The position numbers and the translations under genes are program-made. Below are positions 28,696 through 38,185 of a stretch of DNA of 64,000 bases, piece by piece (the stretch's first letter is position 1; every line of letters begins with the position of its first letter). The notes under the pieces were generated by a model. It saw nothing but the letters and a program-made list of their open reading frames with translations, searched no databases and was not told the DNA's origin. Source of the stretch: an uncultured delta proteobacterium (GTDB lineage: Bacteria; Myxococcota; UBA727; VGSZ01); NCBI GenBank assembly GCA_963775425.1, contig CAVZJB010000004.1, forward strand, positions 352,001 through 416,000, in the 5' to 3' direction.

Positions 28696-30216
28696 ATGCG
28701 CATCCTCCCGTTCTTCTTCGTGCTCGCGTTCTCGACGACAGCGGCTGCGAACAACATCGGCATCTTCGGCAAGTCCGGCCGCGACACGGACAGCGGCACC
28801 TGCACCCAGTGCCACAACGTCGACGGGATCGACGCCACCGTCCTCAACACACCCGCCCCCACCATCACCGTGGACGGGCTCGATGGGCCGTTCTTCGCCG
28901 GTGGCACGGCCGACATCACCATTACGGTGAAGACCAACGATCCGAGCGGCGGCATCGCCGAGGCCAACTGCCCCGTGCGCTGCGCGGGCTTCGGCGCCGC
29001 CGTGGACAAGGGGGCCGGGTTCTTCATCGTGCCTGACGGCTCCCCCGTGCAGGTGAACGGCACCCGCGACGAGGTCGCGCACATCGCCAAGCAGCAGTTC
29101 GTCGACGGCGCCGTCAGCTACCATGTCCTCCTCGGCGGCCTCGCCGTCGGGGACCACACGCTCTTCGTGGCCGGCAACGACGTCGACGGGCAGATCCAGC
29201 TCGGCGATCGGGTCGCGTCCGCCACGTTCCCCTTCACCGTGGACGAGTCGTCGCCGCCGCCGCCGCAGGACGGTGGCTGCGCGCAGACCGGCGGCGACGT
29301 GCCGGCGCTCGGGGCGCTCTTCCTGCTGGCGCTCCTCGCGCTGCGCCGCCGCTCCGCCGGCGCCACGAGCGCCGCGCTCGTCGCCGGCGCGTGTCTCGTG
29401 CTCTCGGGCAACGCGCAGGCGGCCAACCCGCGCAACAGCCAGGACAACTGTCCATCGGCGGTGCCCGGCGCCACCACGGCGGTGAAGGACGTCGACGGCG
29501 GCGTCGAGCTCACGGTCACGGGCAGCGGCCACGCCACCAACAAGATCCGCAAGCGCGCCAGGTCCATCGCCGCGGCGAGCAAGCGCCAGCCCAAGGCCAC
29601 CAAGCACAACGGCCGGGGCGACGGCGGCGGCCGCACCGGGCGCTGTCCGGTGGTGATGGTCAAGTCTTCCGTCGTCGCCAAGAACGTCGACGGCGGCGCG
29701 CTGCTCACGGTCAAGGCCGACAACGCCGCCGACGTCGACTGGCTGCGCAAGGAGACGCGCGCGCGCCTCGAGGAGCAGACCGCGGCGTCCGCCGGCCACG
29801 GCAAGATGCTGCACTGCCCGAGCGCGCTCGACGGCGCGGCCACGCAGGTCACGGACACCAAGGACGGCGTCGTCGTGACGGTCACCGGTCCCGAGAAGGA
29901 CATTCGCGCGCGCACCAAGGACCTCATCGAGGCAGCGTCCAAGGCGGACGAGAGCGCCATGGGCCACGGCGGCAACGGCCAGGGCGGCGGCAGCTTCGGG
30001 CGCTGCCCCGTCGTCGTCACCGACACCAAGCTGTCCGCCGCGGACGTGCCCGGCGGCTCGAAGATCACCGTCGCGGCCAAGGCGCCGGCGGGGGTCGCCG
30101 CGCTCCAGAAAGAGGCCCACGCGCGCGCGGAGCGCTTCCCTGCTCCCGCCGCCGCAGCACCGGAGAAGCCCGCGCCCGAAAACGCGCCGGCCACGCCCGC
30201 GCCGCATGCGAAGTAG
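28696..30216 (+). CDS. Two-part secreted protein: Reeler-like CxxCH domain, internal MYXO-CTERM, second signal peptide, duplicated CP/Gly-loop domain
   Basis: MRILPFFFVLAFSTTAAA signal; GKSG...CTQCH; GGCAQTGG...LFLLALLALRRR; then SAALVAGACLVLSGNAQA; two ~105-aa repeats. Confidence 0.8.
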   Translation: MRILPFFFVLAFSTTAAANNIGIFGKSGRDTDSGTCTQCHNVDGIDATVLNTPAPTITVDGLDGPFFAGGTADITITVKTNDPSGGIAEANCPVRCAGFGAAVDKGAGFFIVPDGSPVQVNGTRDEVAHIAKQQFVDGAVSYHVLLGGLAVGDHTLFVAGNDVDGQIQLGDRVASATFPFTVDESSPPPPQDGGCAQTGGDVPALGALFLLALLALRRRSAGATSAALVAGACLVLSGNAQAANPRNSQDNCPSAVPGATTAVKDVDGGVELTVTGSGHATNKIRKRARSIAAASKRQPKATKHNGRGDGGGRTGRCPVVMVKSSVVAKNVDGGALLTVKADNAADVDWLRKETRARLEEQTAASAGHGKMLHCPSALDGAATQVTDTKDGVVVTVTGPEKDIRARTKDLIEAASKADESAMGHGGNGQGGGSFGRCPVVVTDTKLSAADVPGGSKITVAAKAPAGVAALQKEAHARAERFPAPAAAAPEKPAPENAPATPAPHAK

Positions 30217-31222
30217 CCCGTTCTTCGCCGCAGGGGCCCTCGCCGCCGCGGTCCTCGTCGCAGGCTGTCACGAGGCGAGCGCGCCCGCCGCGCCCGCCAC
30301 GCCCGCCAACGTGTCCGCCGACGCCGGGCCGGCGCGCGGCCACGCCGTCATCGCGCCGCGCGCGGGCGGCGGCGGCCGCGGCAAGCGCGGCGGCGGCGGC
30401 GGCGGGAACGGCGCCGGCGGCGGCGTGGGCGGCCCCAAGCGGCGCTTCCGCACGCCGTTCGTGTACGCCGACGGCGTCCCCCTGGGGGCCATGCGCTTCG
30501 GCGAGCTGCCGGCGCGGCTCGAGACCACCTGGCTCCCCGTCGACGGCCTCGACAAGGGCGTGCGGCGCTTCGTGCTGATCGACTACTTCGCCGCCCTCGG
30601 CATCGACGTGAAGAAGATCAAGACGGTGCACCTGTACAGCGGCCGCAGCCGCGTGTCCGTCGTCGACGGAGACGCGCTGCGCCGGGAGAAGGGCGCGGAG
30701 CGCACGCTCTTCCAGTTCACCCAGAGCAACCGCGGCAAGGTGCAGATGCGCTGGCCCGATCACACGACCACCACGGATCGCATCGACAAGGTCAACGACG
30801 TCGCCGTCTATCTCGACAAGAAGCCGCCGGAGATCACCCACGAGGGGCCGGTCCTCGACGGCAAAGAGCTCGACGAGATCCCCTACGTCACCACGGACGT
30901 GCAGGGCGGCACCCACGTCACCGTCGACGGGACGCTGCGCGCCTTCGTGCGCCCGCGTGATCTCGACGCCTCGAAGGGGCCCGTCTCCCTGCTCGAAGTG
31001 ATCTCTGAAAAAGGCATTTCCACCGCTGAATTGAAGGCCGCAGATCTGATCGACGGCGACGAGCTCGTCCGTCGGTTGACGGTGGGGCAGTTGCCGTCGC
31101 TGAGGGTGACTGCCCCAGGCGGCGGCAACGGCGGCGTCCTGCAAACCTCTCCAGATGCTCGAAATATCACAGCAATTCTCCTCTACCTCCACGCCACGCC
31201 GCCCGATTGGGCAAGCCGCTGA
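30206..31222 (+). CDS. Lipoprotein, hypothetical, with Gly-rich segment
   Basis: MRSSPFFAAGALAAAVLVAGC lipobox; overlaps the upstream stop; normal codon bias. Confidence 0.75.
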   Translation: MRSSPFFAAGALAAAVLVAGCHEASAPAAPATPANVSADAGPARGHAVIAPRAGGGGRGKRGGGGGGNGAGGGVGGPKRRFRTPFVYADGVPLGAMRFGELPARLETTWLPVDGLDKGVRRFVLIDYFAALGIDVKKIKTVHLYSGRSRVSVVDGDALRREKGAERTLFQFTQSNRGKVQMRWPDHTTTTDRIDKVNDVAVYLDKKPPEITHEGPVLDGKELDEIPYVTTDVQGGTHVTVDGTLRAFVRPRDLDASKGPVSLLEVISEKGISTAELKAADLIDGDELVRRLTVGQLPSLRVTAPGGGNGGVLQTSPDARNITAILLYLHATPPDWASR

Positions 31223-31333
31223 CCGCCATGTGGCAGCTCGATGGCATGTGCGTGGACGTCCCATCCGTGCAGTGCCCGAGGCGCGCTGTGCGGGACTCCA
31301 CGGATACTGCCTCTCGGTCCCCCGGAGAAACAC

Positions 31334-34300
31334 ATGAACCACAATCGCAAACTCTCAGTGCTCTTCGGGGTCGCAGCGGCCCTGCTCCTCGCCACCACCG
31401 CGACGGCTCAGGTGCAACGCGCACCTGTCTCCGTCCGGCTCACGAACGGTCTCGATGCGGGCCCTTCGGGTGACAACACCGGACCGGGCGCCGAACAAGC
31501 GACCCTCGTGCAGTCCGTCGTCGACGGCCACCACTACATCACCACGGTCTGGATGTCGTCGCAGGTCGGCAACGGTGACCGTCCCTACCAGTGCAAGTGC
31601 GCCACCACCGAGCTCGACCCGCTGCAGGGTCCCCGCACCGTCGCGGGCCCCACGCAGATCACCGCCCTCAACGGCGATCGTCCGTGCAACCACCCGCACA
31701 TGGACATCAACCCGCTCACCAACCAGATCCTGTTGAGCTACGGCAGCACCAACGGCAGCAACAACGTGCAGCCGTATGTCCAGGGTCTCGACGTCATGTG
31801 CAACGTGACGACGAACAAGATCCGCATCGGCAACAACAACGGCAACGACGGCGCGCCGTGGGTCCAGGTGGTGAACCCCGCCACGGGCCTGTTCCAGGTC
31901 GGCTACCTGGAGAACAACCAGCGTTCGCGCGCGGTCGGCGTCAGCCTCCCCGCGGGCGCCACCGCGCTCACCCGCGGCAACGACGGCAACCACAGCGTCG
32001 GCGGCAACGTCCTGTACAACAAGACCATCGTCGGCACGGCCAACATCGGCCGTCCCTCGATCGCCCGTGTCAGCGACACCAGCACCATCTTCTGCTCCAG
32101 CAACGGTGACAACCGCCCGCCGGAGTTCGGCGTCGCCTGCGCCGCCGTCGACGCCCTCACCGGCGACAAGACCTGGGACAACAACACCTGCACGCCCGCC
32201 CGCGGCAACAACACCCAGGGCTCCTGCCTCATCGCGCAGTCGCACCCGAACGCGAACCCGCCGACGTACATGAACCAGCCGATCGTCGCCCTCGGCGAAA
32301 ACGGCCGCTTCTACGTGCAGGTCGAGCAGAGCAACGGCCCGCCGAACAACAACAACAACAACGCCCGCGGCGCCACCACCACCATGCTGTACACGCTGCT
32401 CCCGAACGCGACCGGCCCGAGCATCCAGGGCCACGTCGAGAGCATCGGCCTCAACCAGGTGCACGCCACCACCTGCACCGGCAAGTACGGCCAGGACGCC
32501 AAGGTCCACGTCGCGGTCGTCGACTCCTCCATCACCGGCTCCGGCATCGGCGCCGTGCAGCTCGAGAAGTTCGACATCACCGGCCAGACCCTGACCCAGG
32601 TCGGCAACCCGCTCGCCCTCTCCGGCTACCCGGCGGACAGCGGCTACCTCGCCAACCAGGACGGCCAGAACCCGAACGACCAGGGCCGTGACTTCATGCG
32701 CTGCATCGGCGACATCGCCAACCCCGGCTTCGGCGTGGCCAACGGCTTCATGCCCACCGTGCAGAGCTTCTTCGCCATCCCCTTCGCCGGCTGCGCCGAC
32801 GACCAGGGCGCGGCGTGCGACCCCGACGTCAACCCGAACAACCCCGAGAAGAACTCGCTGTTCCTGAGCCTCCTGCCCGCCGAGGAGCCCGCGCCCGCGC
32901 CCATCGTGACCCACGACCTCTCCGTCGTCGTCGATGGCCAGGGCACCGGCAAGGTCTTCTCGAGCCCGCTCGGTGTCGACGGCTGCGACAGCGGCGCCAC
33001 CTGCACCGCCACCTTCGACGAAGGCACCAACATCACGCTGACCGCTCTCGCCGGTGAAGGCTCCATCTTCAGCGGATGGCAGGGCGCCTGCACGGGCACC
33101 GGCGGCTGCGTCGTCGCCATGAGCCAGGCGCAGCAGGTCACCGCGACCTTCGACGTCGGCGGCGTCATCGTGAACGACCCCGTCGGCCTCATCGTGAGCG
33201 TCCTCGGTCAGGGTGACGGCAGCGTGACCTCCGACCCCGCGGGCATCACCTGCACCGGCGGCACCTGCGCCAGCAACTTCGACCGCAACAGCAGCGTGAC
33301 GCTCACCGCCACTCCCGGCGCGGGCTCGAAGTTCACGGGCTGGAACGGCGACTGCAGCGGCACCGAGCCCTGCGTGCTCACGCTCAGCGCCGCGCGCAAC
33401 GTGACCGCGGTGTTCGACCTCGACCCGAACGCGCCCGACGGCGGCGACAACGGCAACGGCAACGGCGGCGACGTGACCAAGGCTCCGGGCGCGAGCTCGA
33501 CGGGCTTCAACTGCGCCTCGAGCGGTTCCAGCCCGAGCGCCTACGCCATGCTCGCGCTCGTGGCGGGCGGCCTGTTGTTCCTCCGTCGCCGGAGGTCGGT
33601 TCTGACGGGCGCCGCGAGCGCTGCCGTCGCCGTCGGCCTCGTCGCCTCGCTGACCGCCTGCCCGGCGGCGGCGCCGACCCCGGTCATCGACGCCTTCGTC
33701 GCCGACCAGCCCACGGTCGCGGCGGGGACGCCGGTGCAGCTCTCCTACCAGGTGCATGACGCCGAGGCGGTGACCATCTCCGTGCTCGCCGGTGTCGACG
33801 TGCTTCCCTTCAGCGACCAGCTGAGCGGAACCATCTTCACCCCACCGGTGACGGTCCCCACCACGTTCGTCATCACGGCGTTCGGCCCCGCGCTTGCGGG
33901 GCGCGCCCCCATCCAAAGCACCAAGACGGTGAGCGTGACGGTGGGTGACCCCGCCAACCCGACGCCGAGCGAGGGCGAGGGCGAGGGCGAGAACAACGTC
34001 GCGGTCCACGCGCAGATCCTGTCGTTCGGGCCGTCGGCGACCAACGTCACCACCGGCGACTCCGTGACCCTGACCTGGCAGACGAGCAACGCCGCCTCCG
34101 GCGTCATCCTCGCCAACGACGCGGTGCTGACCACCATCACGGCGTCCGACCTCACCACCGGCACGTTCGGCACCACCCCCGACGCGTCCGCGGTGTACAC
34201 GCTGTCGCTGTCCGGCTCCGACGGTCAGCTCGTGACGTCGACGACGGCCGTGAACGTGTCCCCGCCGGGCGTGGGGCCGCTCACCGCCGAGGCGATGTTC

Positions 34301-35029
34301 TCGAGCAACGTCGAGCCCATCCTGCAGTCGAAGTGCGGTGTCTGCCACGAGTCGGGCAACGCCTCGGGCTACCCGGACCTCTTCGGCACCAGCAGCCCCG
34401 ACACCTACTACCAGCGCGTCACCGCCGACTCGCGGTTCATCCCCGCGGTCCCCGAGGACAGCCTGCTGCTGTTGAAGGGTGAGCACACCGGCCCGGCGTT
34501 CCTCCCGGCGGAGGCGCAGCAGGTGACCGCGTGGCTCGTGCAGGAAGCGGGGGAGCGCGGCACCGGCTCCACCGGCCCCACCGACCCGGGTCCGACGGGC
34601 AACTTCCAGCCGACCACGCTCGCCGAGGCCCTCACCCGCTTCGGCGCCTGCATGGACCGCCAGGTGTGGGACAACACCGTGGGCCAGGGCAACAACACGC
34701 GCATCGCCCAGCAGAACACCACGCAGGGCAAGTGCATGGGCTGCCACTCCTCCGGCACGGCGGGCGCGTTCCTGAGCGCCAGCTCCGGTGACACGTTCGA
34801 CATGAACCGCACCCGCCCCTACGTCCTGAAGCTCGTGCTCAGCACGGCCAACGTCGATGGCTCCTTCAAGGACCTCGTCGCGGCCCGCCGCTTCGAGAAG
34901 AAGGGCAGCGAGGGCGGCGACCACCCGAGCTACCAGCTCACCCAGGCCCGCCTCGACGCCATCAACAGCTTCGTGGACCAGACCCTCACGTCGTACCACG
35001 ACTACACGCAGGCCTGTAACAACCCGTAG
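31334..35029 (+). CDS. Large two-part surface protein: N-domain + 2 InlB-B-like repeats, internal MYXO-CTERM, second lipoprotein signal, Ig-like domains, 2 CxxCH
   Basis: GGAG RBS; MNHNRKLSV...ATA signal; G.G.V.S.P.GI.C...F.GW.G.C.G..C repeats; GFNCASS...LLFLRRRR; then ...VASLTAC; CGVCH and CMGCH. Confidence 0.85.
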   Translation: MNHNRKLSVLFGVAAALLLATTATAQVQRAPVSVRLTNGLDAGPSGDNTGPGAEQATLVQSVVDGHHYITTVWMSSQVGNGDRPYQCKCATTELDPLQGPRTVAGPTQITALNGDRPCNHPHMDINPLTNQILLSYGSTNGSNNVQPYVQGLDVMCNVTTNKIRIGNNNGNDGAPWVQVVNPATGLFQVGYLENNQRSRAVGVSLPAGATALTRGNDGNHSVGGNVLYNKTIVGTANIGRPSIARVSDTSTIFCSSNGDNRPPEFGVACAAVDALTGDKTWDNNTCTPARGNNTQGSCLIAQSHPNANPPTYMNQPIVALGENGRFYVQVEQSNGPPNNNNNNARGATTTMLYTLLPNATGPSIQGHVESIGLNQVHATTCTGKYGQDAKVHVAVVDSSITGSGIGAVQLEKFDITGQTLTQVGNPLALSGYPADSGYLANQDGQNPNDQGRDFMRCIGDIANPGFGVANGFMPTVQSFFAIPFAGCADDQGAACDPDVNPNNPEKNSLFLSLLPAEEPAPAPIVTHDLSVVVDGQGTGKVFSSPLGVDGCDSGATCTATFDEGTNITLTALAGEGSIFSGWQGACTGTGGCVVAMSQAQQVTATFDVGGVIVNDPVGLIVSVLGQGDGSVTSDPAGITCTGGTCASNFDRNSSVTLTATPGAGSKFTGWNGDCSGTEPCVLTLSAARNVTAVFDLDPNAPDGGDNGNGNGGDVTKAPGASSTGFNCASSGSSPSAYAMLALVAGGLLFLRRRRSVLTGAASAAVAVGLVASLTACPAAAPTPVIDAFVADQPTVAAGTPVQLSYQVHDAEAVTISVLAGVDVLPFSDQLSGTIFTPPVTVPTTFVITAFGPALAGRAPIQSTKTVSVTVGDPANPTPSEGEGEGENNVAVHAQILSFGPSATNVTTGDSVTLTWQTSNAASGVILANDAVLTTITASDLTTGTFGTTPDASAVYTLSLSGSDGQLVTSTTAVNVSPPGVGPLTAEAMFSSNVEPILQSKCGVCHESGNASGYPDLFGTSSPDTYYQRVTADSRFIPAVPEDSLLLLKGEHTGPAFLPAEAQQVTAWLVQEAGERGTGSTGPTDPGPTGNFQPTTLAEALTRFGACMDRQVWDNTVGQGNNTRIAQQNTTQGKCMGCHSSGTAGAFLSASSGDTFDMNRTRPYVLKLVLSTANVDGSFKDLVAARRFEKKGSEGGDHPSYQLTQARLDAINSFVDQTLTSYHDYTQACNNP

Positions 35030-35066
35030 TAGCGCATTGCGCACACGAGTGCGCTAGGCTCGCTCC

Positions 35067-35777
35067 ATGGAGCCGGCAACGATCCTGGTCGTCGATGACG
35101 AGCCGGATCTTTGCCGGCTCCTCCAATTCAACCTCGGCGAAGCCGGGTTCGTCCCGCAGGTCGCCGAGAGCGGCACCGAGGGCCTCGCCGCCGCCGAGAA
35201 GCACCGCCCGAGCGTCGTCGTCCTCGATCTCATGCTGCCCGACCTGCCGGGCACCGAGGTCTGCCGGCGCCTGCGCGCGCACCCCGACCTCCATGACGTC
35301 GGCATCCTGATGCTCACGGCGCGCAGCGACGACTACGACCGCATCGTCGGCTTCGAGCTCGGTTGCGACGACTACGTGGTGAAGCCGTTCAACGTGCGCG
35401 AGGTGATGTTGCGCGTGCGCGCCCTGGCCCGCCGCGTGAGCGATCGGCGCGCGGCGGCGGCGGCCAACGCGGGGATCTCGAGCGGCCGCGTGGTGTCGTG
35501 GCGCGGCCTGAAGGTCGACATCGATCGCCACGACGTCACGGCGGACGGCGAGGAGCTCCATCTGCGCCCCGTCGAGTTCCGGCTGCTGACGGCGCTCCTC
35601 GAGAACCCGGGCACCGTGTTGTCGCGCGAGCGGCTCCTCGAAGAGGTGTGGGGCGCCGACGAGGTGAGCACGCGCACCGTCGACACCCACGTGAAGCGCC
35701 TGCGCCAACGGCTCGGCGCATACGGGGAGTGCATCGAGACCGTGGTCGGCTTCGGCTACCGCGTTCGCGAGCCGTGA
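35067..35777 (+). CDS. OmpR/PhoB-family response regulator (PhoB-like)
   Basis: VVDDE, LDLMLP, MLTAR, DDYVVKPF, wHTH TRTVDTHVKRLRQRLG...IETVVGFGY. Confidence 0.9.
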   Translation: MEPATILVVDDEPDLCRLLQFNLGEAGFVPQVAESGTEGLAAAEKHRPSVVVLDLMLPDLPGTEVCRRLRAHPDLHDVGILMLTARSDDYDRIVGFELGCDDYVVKPFNVREVMLRVRALARRVSDRRAAAAANAGISSGRVVSWRGLKVDIDRHDVTADGEELHLRPVEFRLLTALLENPGTVLSRERLLEEVWGADEVSTRTVDTHVKRLRQRLGAYGECIETVVGFGYRVREP

Positions 35778-37486
35778 AGCTCACCTTCCGGGTGAAGCTG
35801 ATGCTCGGCTACGTCGCCCTCGTGGCGGTCGCCGAGATCCTCACCGTCGTCGCCCTCGACCGCTCCCTGTCCGCCGAGCTCACCACACAGCTCGCGCGGC
35901 GCCTCGAGGACCAGGCCAAGGGCTCCGCCGAGTGGGTGGCCGCGGGGAGGCACCCCTCGGTGGTCGCCGGGCGCCTGTCGCACATCGCGAGCGCGCGCGT
36001 CACGCTCATCGACAAGGACGGCGCCGTGCTCGGCGACTCCGGCCCCGACGCCCCCGACGACGCCAGCGCGACGCCGGAGGTGGCTGCTGTGCGCGCCGGC
36101 AGGATCGGGCGCGACGTTCGCAAGAACCCGCACCTCGACGAGGAGGTGCTCTACGTCGCCGTCCCCGCGCCCGAGGGCATCGTGGTGCGGCTGGCGGCGC
36201 CGCTGTCCGACGTGAACAGCACGTTGTCGTTGTTGCGCCAACGACTGCTGCTGGTGTCGGCGGTGGTGTTCGTGCTGGCGGTGCTGTTGGCGCTGGTGGC
36301 GGCGCGCCTGCTCGCGTTGCCGTTGGTGGCCATGCGCGATGCAGCGCGCGGCATCGCCCAGGGCGACTACGACGTGCACCTGCCGCCGGGGCCGCAGGAC
36401 GAGTTCGGCGATCTCTCGCGCTCGCTGCGCTCGCTGGCCGATCAGCTCGACGCGCGCATCGGCGAGATCGTGTCGCAGAGGAACCGTTTGCAGACCGTGC
36501 TGGCGTCGATGATCGAGGGCGTCGTCGTGCTCGACGCCGAGCGCAAGGTGGAGCTCGCCAACCCGTCCGCCGAGCGCCTGCTCGGCCGCGGCGCGCTTGC
36601 CGGCCGCTCGCTCGACGACATCGTCGTGGTGCCGGCGCTGCGCGCGCTGTTCGATTCGGCGGGGGCCGAGGGCGCCGCCGCCGAGGTCGAAGACGGCGAG
36701 CGCGTGCTGGCGGCGACGGTGCAGCCCCTGTCCGACGGCGGCGCGGTCTGCGTGCTCCACGACGTCACGGCGCCCCGCCGCATGGAGGCGATGCGCCGCC
36801 AGTTCATCGGCGACATCTCCCACGAGATCGGCACACCGGTGTCGGCCATCCAGGGCTACGCGGAGACGCTGATGTCGAAGAAGCAGCTCGACCCGGCGAT
36901 CACCACCGAGTTCCTCGAGATCATCCATCGCCACGCGCGCCGCATCGGCAACCTCGTCGCCGACCTCCGCTTCCTGTCGGCGCTCGAGGGCCGCGTGCCG
37001 GACGCGCACGAGGCCCGCGAGCCCGTCAGCCTCCGCGAGCTGGCGCACCACGTGAGCGAGACCGTTCGCCCCCGCGCCGAGGAGCGGAAGACCTCCGTGA
37101 GCATCGACATCGACGACGACGTCGTCGCGCTGGGCGACACCGACCACGTGGAGCGCGTGCTGCTGAACCTCGTGGACAACGCCGTGAAGTACGGGCGCGC
37201 CGGCGGCACCATCACCGTACGGGGTCGGAAGAAGGGCGGACGTGTCGTCGTCGAGGTCACCGACGACGGGCCGGGTATCCCCGCCGACCACATCGACCGC
37301 GTCTTCGACCGCTTCTACCGCGTCGACCGCGGTCGCTCCCGCGCCGTCGGCGGAACGGGCCTCGGCCTCGCCATCGTGAAGCAGCTCGCCGAGGCGATGG
37401 GCGGCAGCGCCGCGGTGACGAGCGAGCTCGGCAAGGGTGCCCGCTTCGTCGTCGAGCTCCCCGCCGTCGACATGGCAAACGCATGA
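35774..37486 (+). CDS. PhoR-like sensor histidine kinase (TM-sensor-TM-HAMP-PAS-HisKA-HATPase)
   Basis: GTGA-coupled; SHEIGTP, NLVDNAVKY, DDGPGI, FDRFYRVDRGRSR, GGTGLGLAIVK. Confidence 0.9.
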   Translation: MKLTFRVKLMLGYVALVAVAEILTVVALDRSLSAELTTQLARRLEDQAKGSAEWVAAGRHPSVVAGRLSHIASARVTLIDKDGAVLGDSGPDAPDDASATPEVAAVRAGRIGRDVRKNPHLDEEVLYVAVPAPEGIVVRLAAPLSDVNSTLSLLRQRLLLVSAVVFVLAVLLALVAARLLALPLVAMRDAARGIAQGDYDVHLPPGPQDEFGDLSRSLRSLADQLDARIGEIVSQRNRLQTVLASMIEGVVVLDAERKVELANPSAERLLGRGALAGRSLDDIVVVPALRALFDSAGAEGAAAEVEDGERVLAATVQPLSDGGAVCVLHDVTAPRRMEAMRRQFIGDISHEIGTPVSAIQGYAETLMSKKQLDPAITTEFLEIIHRHARRIGNLVADLRFLSALEGRVPDAHEAREPVSLRELAHHVSETVRPRAEERKTSVSIDIDDDVVALGDTDHVERVLLNLVDNAVKYGRAGGTITVRGRKKGGRVVVEVTDDGPGIPADHIDRVFDRFYRVDRGRSRAVGGTGLGLAIVKQLAEAMGGSAAVTSELGKGARFVVELPAVDMANA

Positions 37487-37561
37487 CACGCGCTTGGCCG
37501 CGCGACGACACGGGACCGACCGATTGACCTCGTCACGAGCGCGGCTTTAGCGTGGCTCATC

Positions 37562-38185
37562 ATGAAAAAACTCAATGGCCTTCTCGTCCTCTCGTCGTTC
37601 CTGATGCTGCCCCTGCTGTCCACCGCCTGCCCGCCCGCCGTGGGCGAAGGCGAAGGCGAAGGCGAAGGCGAAGGTGAAGGTGAAGGTGAAGGTGAAGGTG
37701 AAGGCGAAGGCGAAGGCGAAGGCGAAGGAGAGGGCGAAGGCGAAGGAGATGCTTGTCTCTCCGGTGGCACCGCTTTGACGACGACGGGCGCGGGCCGCTG
37801 CGACGACCCGAAGGTGGTCACCATCGCGAGCACGGGCACGTTCGTCGTGCAGACGGGCGCGGACCAGACCAACGGCAACAACGCCAACCTCGACACGTGC
37901 GCCAACGGCCAGACCGCGCGTGACGTCGCCTTCCAGCTCGATCTTCCCGCGGGCGTGACGACGTTGCAGGCGAGCGTGGACGCTGGCGGCGGGTCCCCCC
38001 TCGTCAACATCTTCTCCGGCGCGGCGTGCGGCCAGACCGTGAACCAGTGCGCGGCGACGAGCGGCGCGTGCGCCACTGCGACGGCGACGTCGGGGACGGA
38101 CTTCACGGGGACGTCGATCTTCGTCTCCGTCTCCGAGGAGACCGCCACCGCCAACGACTACGCCCTGCGACTCGACGTCCAATGA
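37562..38185 (+). CDS. Lipoprotein with (GE)17 linker and Cys-containing beta domain
   Basis: MKKLNG...LSTAC lipobox; GE tract 37643-37744. Confidence 0.8.
   Translation: MKKLNGLLVLSSFLMLPLLSTACPPAVGEGEGEGEGEGEGEGEGEGEGEGEGEGEGEGEGEGDACLSGGTALTTTGAGRCDDPKVVTIASTGTFVVQTGADQTNGNNANLDTCANGQTARDVAFQLDLPAGVTTLQASVDAGGGSPLVNIFSGAACGQTVNQCAATSGACATATATSGTDFTGTSIFVSVSEETATANDYALRLDVQ

Noticed and set aside
27679-30207. 842-aa (-) and 836-aa (+) overlapping ORFs suggesting bidirectional coding
   Set aside because: Each is a real gene extended upstream by the shadow of the divergent gene; real starts are 28572 and 28696.
31225-31333. Possible riboswitch-like leader before the 31334 gene
   Set aside because: Some pairing is possible (GTCCC/GGGAC), but no recognisable family and such pairing is expected at this GC content.
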